64,000 nt of DNA, taken from the IMG/VR virus record IMGVR_UViG_3300020577_010124, positions 96,001 through 160,000 of that record; one strand, given 5' to 3'. Position 1 is the stretch's first letter; each line of letters opens with the position of its first letter. The notes below the pieces were generated by a model. That model searched no databases, was not told the DNA's origin, and saw only the letters and a program-made list of their open reading frames with translations. This DNA is from a virus. Taxonomy: Duplodnaviria; Caudoviricetes. Below, piece by piece: positions 50,130 through 58,428 of this stretch. The position numbers and the translations under genes are program-made.

Positions 50130-51359
50130 ATGTCGCTATCCATAAGTGAGCAGTTGGACTCTATATTTGATGTCCCTAAAAATGGCGCAAATATAAAAGA
50201 AGAAGATACTGATAACAACGATGCAGCTTATGCTGAAGTAGTTGCTACGCATGACAATGCGAGCTTTGATCAAAAAGTCAAGGCGCTAAGCGAGAAGCTG
50301 GCTAAAGACGTTCCCTCGTCGGATGTCCCTAACACTTCAACAGTGGAGGCTTCTTATGTTCAGCCAACCTTTGCCGCCCCAGAACAACCCAAACAATCTA
50401 CCGAAGACGAGTTCCAAACGATACTCTCGCGGTCTGTTCAACCTAAACAGCCTATCGTCGCGCCAGTACAACCCTTGGTGCAAGAACCGATCTTTGATAC
50501 TAAAGATACAAAGCGAGAAGAGCCTGCTAAGAACGATGACACGATACGGAATAACGACAAACCAATTCCTGTCGCTTTGGAAGGAAACGCTGTGAATGAT
50601 GATTCGGTATCCGAGTCAGTTTCGGACGGACCTAGCTCGCCAGTATACAACTTGCAAGTTAACTCAGACGGTTGGTTGCTAACGGCTCCTGCTCCAATGT
50701 ATAGTCACTTCTATACAGAGAAGGCAGCATTCATTCGCCATATCACCGTAAATGGTAAGCCTCTAGAAATAGATAAGTTGACGACTGAGCTTAGAAACTC
50801 AAGCGTTAGCACGAAAGTAGAGCTTACGGATCTGCCAGGAATGGCTGAACGTCTAACGAAGATTCAGGACTTCCTTGATAGAGTTGTTCAAATCAAGGTT
50901 CAGGCAACCAGTCAATGCGCTGCAACAAAAAGAGGCGTTGAGTTGCTTCGAGGGGTTTTGGCTAAGGTTAGCTACGAAAAACCAGCCGCCCGTCAAGACG
51001 GAGTTATTTACGACCATATGCGAGACATTGAGATGTACGCATCAAGAGTCGAAAGCCTTGAGCAGAATGCTAAGGATATATACCACAACTTGTTGGAAGC
51101 GAAAGAAATCCTCAGCCGCAAGATATCTATTGCTATTGAGCTTGTAAAAGAGCAAAATAAGACTGACGGATTGGAGAAGAGTTTCAATAATCTTCCCGAT
51201 AGTTCAAAGAAAACTATGAGCGCTCCTATAGCTACATCTAGTAAGTTGGCGGGCGAAGGATACGACAGGTTGGACGTACAAGAAGCTGTTGTGAAGGCAG
51301 CGGCTCCAAAGCAAGATCGGTCGATAAAAAAATCTGGACAATCTGATTGGATGGACTGA
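50130..51359 (+). CDS. Coiled-coil protein, possibly a UvsY-like recombination mediator, with a long disordered N-terminus
   Basis: Helical C-terminal half ending ...LLEAKEILSRKIS; adjacent to ssb and recA. Function is inferred. Confidence 0.35.
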   Translation: MSLSISEQLDSIFDVPKNGANIKEEDTDNNDAAYAEVVATHDNASFDQKVKALSEKLAKDVPSSDVPNTSTVEASYVQPTFAAPEQPKQSTEDEFQTILSRSVQPKQPIVAPVQPLVQEPIFDTKDTKREEPAKNDDTIRNNDKPIPVALEGNAVNDDSVSESVSDGPSSPVYNLQVNSDGWLLTAPAPMYSHFYTEKAAFIRHITVNGKPLEIDKLTTELRNSSVSTKVELTDLPGMAERLTKIQDFLDRVVQIKVQATSQCAATKRGVELLRGVLAKVSYEKPAARQDGVIYDHMRDIEMYASRVESLEQNAKDIYHNLLEAKEILSRKISIAIELVKEQNKTDGLEKSFNNLPDSSKKTMSAPIATSSKLAGEGYDRLDVQEAVVKAAAPKQDRSIKKSGQSDWMD

Positions 51360-51386
51360 AGGAAAATCCAATAGATAGTCGAAATA
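51359..51386 (+). promoter_or_regulatory. Candidate promoter AAGGA-N17-GAAATA upstream of ssb
   Basis: At the start of the largest intergenic gap; same geometry as the site at 28124. Confidence 0.45.
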
Positions 51387-51390
51387 TATG

Positions 51391-51425
51391 TATGACGAAT
51401 GAGTAACCCATACTTGCTTGTCATA
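51391..51425 (+). promoter_or_regulatory. Stem-loop in the ssb 5' leader
   Basis: tatgacgaatgagta-accca-tacttgcttgtcata: 15-bp stem with 3 G-U pairs and 1 mismatch. Confidence 0.5.
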
Positions 51426-51528
51426 GAGATTCTAGAGAGTACCGAGCGTTTCGAGACTTTCAAACAAAGACGTAGTATAAAAAGCTGAACTCAAGTTTTT
51501 AGAGTTCCCAGAGTTAAGGAGATTTCAC

Positions 51529-52224
51529 ATGGGACAGTTGATTGATTGGGGTAGTGTAGAGCCACAAAAGCCAAGTAAGGGCGGAAGCGGTGGCGGCGGT
51601 AGCGACAAGTTCTTGAAGCTAGAGCCAGGTAAGACGTACCGAGTACGTCCAGTCGGAAAACCATATGTTTTCCATGCTTACTATGTTGCTGCGGCGGACA
51701 ATCCTAAGAAGTTCGCCAGAGCGGTAACGGAAGATCCAGCAAACTGCATAATTCGTCAGAAGTATAACGTTGAGCCAAGAATGCGTTACGCTGTCAATGT
51801 CATTGACCGCGCAGACGGCAAGCTCAAGGTTATGGAAGCGCCTCCATCTGTCTTTGATAAGATCAAGCAATGGGCCAACGCTTCTGGGCAAAACCCAGGC
51901 ACGAATACAGGCGCAGACTTCCAAATCAGCGTAGTCGTTCCTCCTAACGGAGATCGTAAGCGCACTGAGTATCCAACAACTCCAGTTGTTCAGACGCAGT
52001 TTACTGCTGAAGAGCGAGAGATGTTGAATAAGCAAGGTCTATTCAATCTTGAAGAGATCTATGCTGCAACTCCTCAGTCAGAAATCGAAGCTAAGTTGTA
52101 CCCAGGTACTTCTTCAGCAACGGTTACTGTAAAGACCGCTGCGCCGCAAGCTGCGGCTCCCGTTCAGAGCGTAGCTGCAACTGCTGTTGCATCTAAGGCT
52201 TCGAACGACGATCTAGGGTTCTAA
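51529..52224 (+). CDS. Single-stranded DNA-binding protein (gp32-like OB fold)
   Basis: FLKLEPG..Y.VR.VG...RYAVNVIDRADG.LKVME...G.DF.I; Ala-rich linker; acidic-aromatic tail DDLGF; strong AAGGAG RBS; next to recA. Confidence 0.8.
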   Translation: MGQLIDWGSVEPQKPSKGGSGGGGSDKFLKLEPGKTYRVRPVGKPYVFHAYYVAAADNPKKFARAVTEDPANCIIRQKYNVEPRMRYAVNVIDRADGKLKVMEAPPSVFDKIKQWANASGQNPGTNTGADFQISVVVPPNGDRKRTEYPTTPVVQTQFTAEEREMLNKQGLFNLEEIYAATPQSEIEAKLYPGTSSATVTVKTAAPQAAAPVQSVAATAVASKASNDDLGF

Positions 52225-52250
52225 AACTAAATAGAGGTTGATTGAGAAAT

Positions 52251-52285
52251 GCCGTGGTTGTGTAAGCGCCACGGCTTTTTCTTTT
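52251..52285 (+). terminator. Rho-independent terminator after ssb
   Basis: gccgtgg-N11-ccacggc followed by tttttctttt. Confidence 0.8.
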
Positions 52286-52321
52286 CCGACACTATCAATA
52301 CGCGAATAACGGAGAAAAACA

Positions 52322-53581
52322 ATGGCAAAAAAGAGAGATAATGCATTACTGAACTTCGAAGGTTTTGAGTTTGGTACAGAAGGAAATCCTACAGAGTTTA
52401 TACCTAGCGGTCATCATGCGCTTGACTACATTATCTCAAGCGGATTGCTGCAAAATGAGCTTACCGAAACAGGCGAAATGATCGCCTCGGCAGGAGGCTT
52501 CCCAACTGGTAAGCTTGTCATGATTTATGGCGGCGAGGCAGGAGGAAAGTCGTCTCTAGCATATAAGATATGCGGCTCTGCTCAACGAATGGGCAAGATT
52601 CCTATTTGGGTTGATGTTGAAAACTCTTTCAGCGAAACGCTTGCAAAGATTAACGGCGTTGATCTCAAGAGATTGGGTCGTAAGAATATGTACGACAAGA
52701 ATCAACCTGACAAAGTATTCGACGGCGAATATGCTCTTGATTGCGTTATGGACGCATGCAAGAGAGGCGCAGGCGTTGTTGTGCTAGACTCAATTGGTAG
52801 TCTTGTTCCTCGTTACGTTATGGAAAATCCAGCAGACAAAGATACAATGGCAGCATTGGCTCGTTTGCTTGGAAAGACTGTTAACAAGATTAGTAGCTTG
52901 GCAGCAGCAAACGGAACGTTGGTTATCTTCATCAATCAACTTCGTATTACTCCTGGCGCTATGTTCAAAGACCCAGAAGGATACCCAGGCGGAAAAGCAA
53001 TTGCTCACGCTTGTTCTGTTATCTTGAAACTAAATAAGGTCAACGCCAAAGACGGTTACACCTACATTGAAGACGACGAGGGCAAGCCAAAGATGATTGC
53101 TGGTTCTGCTAACGTATTCGTTCAGAAGAATCGTTTTGCAGCGCCTCACTTCGGCGGCATTCGTATCCCGATCTACTACGAAAACTACTTCCCTGAGATT
53201 CAAGATACTGCATTCGAGGTTGGTCGCCAGACAAAGACGATTTCCGTTCGTAATGGAGTTTACACTTGGGGCAAGATCAAGGTTGAGGGAAAGAAAGCGT
53301 TTATTGCAGAGATCGTGGCTAAGAACAAGGTTGGAGAGCTTGTAGCCGAAATCAAAGAAGACGCAAAGAAAGACGAAGCAATCATCCTTCCGACCGAGAT
53401 TTTGAACTACGAGAAGCATGTTGCCTTTGTTAATCAGAATAAAGATAAGCTTGAGAAGAGTAAGCAGTCCAAAGAGCAGAAGAAGTCTAAAGACGAAGAA
53501 GTTGCCGAAGCAATAGGCGAAGAAGATACTACGCCTAACATTGATGTTTCTGATGAAGTCCCTGCAAACGTAGAGCTATGA
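52322..53581 (+). CDS. recA: RecA/UvsX recombinase
   Basis: GGFPTGK...IYGGEAGGKS, WVDVE, VVVLDSI, IFINQLR, PGGKA, KNRFAAP. Confidence 0.93.
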   Translation: MAKKRDNALLNFEGFEFGTEGNPTEFIPSGHHALDYIISSGLLQNELTETGEMIASAGGFPTGKLVMIYGGEAGGKSSLAYKICGSAQRMGKIPIWVDVENSFSETLAKINGVDLKRLGRKNMYDKNQPDKVFDGEYALDCVMDACKRGAGVVVLDSIGSLVPRYVMENPADKDTMAALARLLGKTVNKISSLAAANGTLVIFINQLRITPGAMFKDPEGYPGGKAIAHACSVILKLNKVNAKDGYTYIEDDEGKPKMIAGSANVFVQKNRFAAPHFGGIRIPIYYENYFPEIQDTAFEVGRQTKTISVRNGVYTWGKIKVEGKKAFIAEIVAKNKVGELVAEIKEDAKKDEAIILPTEILNYEKHVAFVNQNKDKLEKSKQSKEQKKSKDEEVAEAIGEEDTTPNIDVSDEVPANVEL

Positions 53582-54354
53582 TAAGCCATTTTGCTGAAGT
53601 AGAACGAGTAGAAATAACTGAGCTATCGCAGCAAACGTTGTGGAATGAGCAGTCAGATGATGTAGCAGAAGCTCTTCGATATTGTCGAGAGGAACGTAAG
53701 CTTTCGGACGACGTTATTAAAAAGTTCCGATTTGGTTACTTTCCTCAAAGACTAAAAAAAGCTGGGCATGACTGGGCTGGAAGGCTCATCATGCCTTTGT
53801 ATGACCCGTATGGAAAACTTGTCGTTCTTACGTCTAGAGATTTTAGATGTAAGGATAAAATGGGGATGCCTCATCTTCATGAAGAGTTTGACAAGAAAAT
53901 GTTCTTGTATGGTGTTGACGTTGCAAAGCCCAACATTATACGCTGGCAAAAAGTCATAATCGTTGAAGGTCAATTCGATACCGCATATTCGCATACAAGA
54001 GGATTTGACGTTACCGTTGGTATTCTTGGTAGCGCATTTTCCATGTACCATGTTTGCGTCTTGGCTCGCTATTGCAGCGAGTTCTTTCTTGTATTCGACG
54101 CAGACGAGTCGGGCTACAGAAACCTAGCAAGGTCAATACGCATGTATAAAACATACGGATTGGACTCCTTCGGCATTCGCTTTGTGCCTGTTTTGCTTCC
54201 GAAGCATAAAGATCCCGATGAGTTCTTACAAAAAGAAACCAAAGAGCAATACACCGCACTTCTTACCGAAGCTAAGAATAAAACCGTCGAACTAGGAACT
54301 ACAGCCTACTACGACCTTCTAGTTAAAAACAATCCCCATATTGAGGAAAAGTAA
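53578..54354 (+). CDS. DNA primase catalytic (TOPRIM) subunit; C-terminal half of a split DnaG
   Basis: F.FGY.P, GRLIMPL.D..G..V....R, LYG, IIVEGQFD, FDADESG, KDPDEF; no Zn finger. Confidence 0.88.
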   Translation: MISHFAEVERVEITELSQQTLWNEQSDDVAEALRYCREERKLSDDVIKKFRFGYFPQRLKKAGHDWAGRLIMPLYDPYGKLVVLTSRDFRCKDKMGMPHLHEEFDKKMFLYGVDVAKPNIIRWQKVIIVEGQFDTAYSHTRGFDVTVGILGSAFSMYHVCVLARYCSEFFLVFDADESGYRNLARSIRMYKTYGLDSFGIRFVPVLLPKHKDPDEFLQKETKEQYTALLTEAKNKTVELGTTAYYDLLVKNNPHIEEK

Positions 54355-54355
54355 T

Positions 54356-55387
54356 ATGCCCCCTGTTGCACAGCCACCTGAAGTAACGAATATAATGAAC
54401 GTTGTTAATACGTGGCTAAAATGGAAGAATCTGAATGGACCGCCCCGCGGACATGAAATGTATCACCCTTCGGCGTTCGGTGGTTGCTTGCGCAAGATGC
54501 AATACCAGCGTTATGCAGGACGAGGGCTTATCGCTCATACTGCTGAAGAACTAGATCCAAAGACTATCCGTATCTTTGATACGGGTCATAGTATGCATGA
54601 AAGATGGATGCATTACTTTGAAGAGATTGGAGTTCTAAGAGGCATTTGGGAATGTACCAACCCAAACTGCGGTCTATGGAATGACGCAGGCGAATATCTC
54701 GGAGATAGAGATGATTGTCCTTATGTAAAGAATGAATATCCAGGCGTAGTAAAGACTCCGCTTCCAAAGCCTCGGGTTTATGGAAGAGATAATAAGATTG
54801 GAGCCTTCAAGCCAAAAGCTTGCGCTTGCGGATGTCATAAGTTCCAGTATCATGAAATTACTGTTGAAGATAAGTCGCTGAACTTTAGAGGTCATTGCGA
54901 TCAAATCCTTGATTTTTCGAACTTCGATTCAGGCACGTTTAGCAAAGGCGTGGCTGTTGACGTTCTATTCAAGCAGGAAGATTTGCCAAAGAAACCAATT
55001 GTTCTTGATATGAAGAGCATCAATGCATTCAACTTCAAGAGCAAACTAGACAATGGACCATCGTTGGTCTATCGAACACAGTTGGTTATCTATTGTAATA
55101 TCCTAGATTTGGATTATGGCGTGCTTGTTTATGAGAATAAAGACGACTCAGCAACCAAAATCTATAAAGTCGATCGCAATGTTGATCTTTGGAATAAAAT
55201 TCAGGAACAAGCAAGTAAGATGAATGATATGGTGAGCGAGCAGTTGCTTCCTCCTCCCAGACCTGTATCTAAAGACGAGTATGAGTGTCGTTATTGCGAT
55301 TTTCAGTCGATGTGTCATAAGTCAAAGGTATGGGATGATCCAGAACTTTTGAGTAAACGACTAAAGTTTTACGGCTTACTAGAATAG
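54356..55387 (+). CDS. Cas4-like PD-(D/E)XK exonuclease
   Basis: HPSAFGGC.RK, G.SMH, GHCD, LDMKS, QL..Y, C-terminal CRYCDF..MC. Confidence 0.85.
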   Translation: MPPVAQPPEVTNIMNVVNTWLKWKNLNGPPRGHEMYHPSAFGGCLRKMQYQRYAGRGLIAHTAEELDPKTIRIFDTGHSMHERWMHYFEEIGVLRGIWECTNPNCGLWNDAGEYLGDRDDCPYVKNEYPGVVKTPLPKPRVYGRDNKIGAFKPKACACGCHKFQYHEITVEDKSLNFRGHCDQILDFSNFDSGTFSKGVAVDVLFKQEDLPKKPIVLDMKSINAFNFKSKLDNGPSLVYRTQLVIYCNILDLDYGVLVYENKDDSATKIYKVDRNVDLWNKIQEQASKMNDMVSEQLLPPPRPVSKDEYECRYCDFQSMCHKSKVWDDPELLSKRLKFYGLLE

Positions 55388-55396
55388 GAGCAACTT

Positions 55397-55714
55397 ATGA
55401 CACCGCATACGCCGTCTGATGATATAACCTTGTTGAAAGTTAAGGGAGAAGGAAGTTTTCAGGACGACCAATCTCGTAAAGAATATGTAAAGAGTTTAGC
55501 TTCAGCAGTTATAACAGTTGTTTCTAAGCATGGACATGCCAAACTGAAAACAGTTGGCGCGTCCTCTGGAAATAATGCTTGGAAAGCCGTGATAATCGCT
55601 CGCGGCGAGGCTGCAAAAAAGGGGATCGACCTTGTGGTTGAGCCTTCTTTTGACAGCGCTTCGTTCGATGGTGGAGATAAGACTGCAATTGTTTTGAAAG
55701 TTGGTCCCCGATAA
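55397..55714 (+). CDS. spoVS: SpoVS-family (Alba-like) nucleic-acid-binding protein
   Basis: LLKV...SLASAV......G...L..VGA...NNAWKAVIIARG.....GIDL...PSF.....DG..KTAI.L.V.PR follows the SpoVS pattern over its full length. Confidence 0.8.
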   Translation: MTPHTPSDDITLLKVKGEGSFQDDQSRKEYVKSLASAVITVVSKHGHAKLKTVGASSGNNAWKAVIIARGEAAKKGIDLVVEPSFDSASFDGGDKTAIVLKVGPR

Positions 55715-56309
55715 GGAGTCTCAGATGCTTGATGAAGATGTAGGAATATCGTTTCCCAAGATCAATGGTATCTTGCAAGGAACGGAAGAACTAACAGATA
55801 AGTATGAGGTTGAGGGCGTTCTTTTGGCTCTTCAACAAATGAACAGAAAAGTTGAGTTTCTAAAAGAACTAAAGCGCCGTAGAGTTTCTTCTATTGACGC
55901 TCAGATTCAAGCAGAAGAAGCTTCTATGGCTACCCTTGAGGATGCTATAAAAGCTTGTATGAAGCGCAATAAAGAAAAGACTCTTGATTTCCCAGGCGTA
56001 GGCAAGGTTGGCGTTCGAGAGACAAAGGGAACATGGACCATCATTGACGAGGAAGGTCTTCGCCGTCATCTTGAAAGCTTGGGTAAGTTCAATGAAGTTT
56101 CGGAAGAGTCTTGGAAGTTCAAGAAGAAAGATTTGAACAAGCTACTAGACGAACTTCAGCAAAACAACAACACTTCAACGTTTGTTGAGAAAGAACCAGC
56201 CAAGACCAGCCTTAGCGTTTCTTTCCCCAAGGAAGAATCCGTAGCTCCTATTCCTGCTAATCCTAATGCAGTCGTAGCTAAGGTTGATCTTGATAAACTT
56301 GTAATCTAA
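55701..56309 (+). CDS. Gam/Gp157-like DNA end-binding coiled-coil protein
   Basis: Long N-terminal helix, then KTLDFPGVGKVGVR...W.I.DE...KKDL; the true start may be the ATG at 55725. Confidence 0.6.
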   Translation: MVPDKESQMLDEDVGISFPKINGILQGTEELTDKYEVEGVLLALQQMNRKVEFLKELKRRRVSSIDAQIQAEEASMATLEDAIKACMKRNKEKTLDFPGVGKVGVRETKGTWTIIDEEGLRRHLESLGKFNEVSEESWKFKKKDLNKLLDELQQNNNTSTFVEKEPAKTSLSVSFPKEESVAPIPANPNAVVAKVDLDKLVI

Positions 56310-56932
56310 TGTCAAGAGCAATTTTTGTTATTGGCCCCCAAGGAAGCGGTTCGTCTGCAACTGCGGGGGCTATGCATTTTCTGGGCATCTCAATGGGAGA
56401 TAACCTTAAGGGAAAGAATCTCCTAAACCCTAAAGGTCATTACGAAGACAAAGATTTTGTAAACATCGTTGATGAATGGAATAAGGGAATTAATCATCAT
56501 AACATCGAAACAATCATTCATGAATATGTAAAGAAGAGAAATGTATCCCCCTTGTGGGGCTTGAAAATGCCTCATTTGGGCATACTTGGAAAGTATCTTA
56601 TTCCTCATATACAAGAATGTCGAGTGGTATCTATTGATCGTAATCCCGTAGCTTGTATTAGAAGCGCTTCGCTTAAGTACAAAGAAAAAACGATTGATAG
56701 TATTACAGCGATGCATGAGACGGTTAGAAAGCTTAGAAAACAGTTTATAGAAGAATTTTCTGTTCCTAATCTAGAAGTTGATTTCAACGAACTTACAGAA
56801 AATCCGAACCTAATAGTACGACAAATAGCCGCTTTTTGCTTTGAGGGGATGGAATTCCCATCCGATAGAAAGATAGAAGAGGCTATAGCTTTTGTAGATC
56901 CAGTTCTAAATCATAAGAGAGAGTTACAATGA
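56309..56932 (+). CDS. Sulfotransferase-family P-loop protein
   Basis: IFVIGPQGSGSSA.AG.M..LG, NPKGHYED, WGLKMP, RNP....S, F.EL..NP. Confidence 0.75.
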   Translation: MSRAIFVIGPQGSGSSATAGAMHFLGISMGDNLKGKNLLNPKGHYEDKDFVNIVDEWNKGINHHNIETIIHEYVKKRNVSPLWGLKMPHLGILGKYLIPHIQECRVVSIDRNPVACIRSASLKYKEKTIDSITAMHETVRKLRKQFIEEFSVPNLEVDFNELTENPNLIVRQIAAFCFEGMEFPSDRKIEEAIAFVDPVLNHKRELQ

Positions 56933-57714
56933 TGTATGACGCAACTTCTGATAAGAAGAAATTGAAAGATTCTAGACTAAAACTAGATAACCTGTACTCT
57001 CGCATTCCTGAAACAAAAGGATGCATGGAGAATAACTCTAAACCAGAATCAGAGGGCGGTTGCGGAGCATGGTGCTGTAAGTTGCAAAGTCCTCAAGTAT
57101 TATATGTAGAGTTTTTGAATAGTTGGAATACTATCTCTCATGAATGGACAGACGCTCAAATAGAAAATCTTATTGAAAGATCTATAAGAAAATATCTATT
57201 CCCTAATAAGGATAGAGGTTGCGTATTTTTGGATAGAGAATCCAATCTCTGTTCTCAACATGAGACAAGACCGTACAATTGTCGAGTATATGGCATAATT
57301 CCCGAAGAAGAATTTAAGCCAAGATATGAGCGACTAAAAATAATCTATCCCGAAACCAGAAATCAATGCGATCTTGTTTCAACTCAGGCGGGTCATAAAG
57401 TTACTGAAACTGAAACGACTAATTGGTGGCTTGAACTTAATGGTATTGAAATGTTTATTGGAATCAAACAAGAAACAATTTCAGACGCACCAGGCGGTTC
57501 GTATAGAACATATCATGATCATATCCTTATTCATATGCTAGGAGAGCAAGGAATAATACAATTAAGCGAACTTCGCAAGAATGGCTCTCCTAATGAAAAA
57601 GAACATACAATAAAGCGTGTTATGGACGCTTTGCGCAAGTTCAAGGAGAAGAAAGTAAATGGCAATTCAAAGGAAAATGCTCCCTCCGAGGAGAGTAAAG
57701 ATACTGGAAAGTAA
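56929..57714 (+). CDS. YkgJ-family cysteine-cluster (putative Fe-S) protein
   Basis: C...CGAWCC...CVFLD....CS.HE.RPYNCRVYG. Confidence 0.85.
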   Translation: MMYDATSDKKKLKDSRLKLDNLYSRIPETKGCMENNSKPESEGGCGAWCCKLQSPQVLYVEFLNSWNTISHEWTDAQIENLIERSIRKYLFPNKDRGCVFLDRESNLCSQHETRPYNCRVYGIIPEEEFKPRYERLKIIYPETRNQCDLVSTQAGHKVTETETTNWWLELNGIEMFIGIKQETISDAPGGSYRTYHDHILIHMLGEQGIIQLSELRKNGSPNEKEHTIKRVMDALRKFKEKKVNGNSKENAPSEESKDTGK

Positions 57715-58018
57715 GTACGTTGAAGAAAGCGACCTTATCAAATGGATGCTACATTTTCAGGATAACGGAATAGAACAAGTTTATGTTTGGCCTAGCACTG
57801 ATTTGCTTAAAGCTCTGAATATCTATAGGACGGAGATAACCCCTAAGATGTTGCATAAGTTTTGCGCAGATATGAAGGGTAAAGAGATTAACTTTGTCAT
57901 AGATAAAGAACCAGAACTACCTGAAGTCGCTATTACTCCTGAGCAAGACGGAGAGCTTTGGAAGGGCGTTAGTGAGCAATTTGAAGCGTTCAAGAATAAA
58001 GTCGAAGAGGACAAATAA
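57659..58018 (+). CDS. Hypothetical protein
   Basis: AAGGAG upstream; stop overlaps the next ATG (TAATG). Confidence 0.55.
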   Translation: MAIQRKMLPPRRVKILESKYVEESDLIKWMLHFQDNGIEQVYVWPSTDLLKALNIYRTEITPKMLHKFCADMKGKEINFVIDKEPELPEVAITPEQDGELWKGVSEQFEAFKNKVEEDK

Positions 58019-58428
58019 TGGACGGGGTAAAGATACGTATATTTGGATCTGCTGATTGCGATATATGCAAGAACTTAATAAAAGCTTTTGAGCATCATGC
58101 AATTCAGTTTGAATACGTAGACGCAAATGCTCCTGATAAAGAAGCACTCTGCGACAAGTATAAAGTAGACCAACTCCCTCACATCCAAGCAGTTTATGCA
58201 GACAACGATAAGCCCTTTCTAACCCATGTTGGATATGTTGGGCCAATGCAGTTTGTTGAGCATATGAAGCAGTATTCAAAGCAGTTAGCGGATTTTACCA
58301 ACTCGTATAAGCAATTAGCCGTAAACAATGTTGATGCAGAAGCAATTCAACAACAGATGAAAGAAGCGAAGAAAAATGTCAAATCAGGGTGTAGTAGTTG
58401 CGGCAGGAAAAATAACGCTAAATCCTGA
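58018..58428 (+). CDS. Glutaredoxin/thioredoxin-like protein
   Basis: IFGSADCDICK...YVD...V.QLP.I; C-terminal GCSSCG. Confidence 0.7.
   Translation: MDGVKIRIFGSADCDICKNLIKAFEHHAIQFEYVDANAPDKEALCDKYKVDQLPHIQAVYADNDKPFLTHVGYVGPMQFVEHMKQYSKQLADFTNSYKQLAVNNVDAEAIQQQMKEAKKNVKSGCSSCGRKNNAKS

Noticed and set aside
54356-55387. CRISPR-Cas locus suggested by the Cas4-like gene
   Set aside because: No repeat-spacer array or other cas gene is present. Solo Cas4-like nucleases are common in phage recombination modules.
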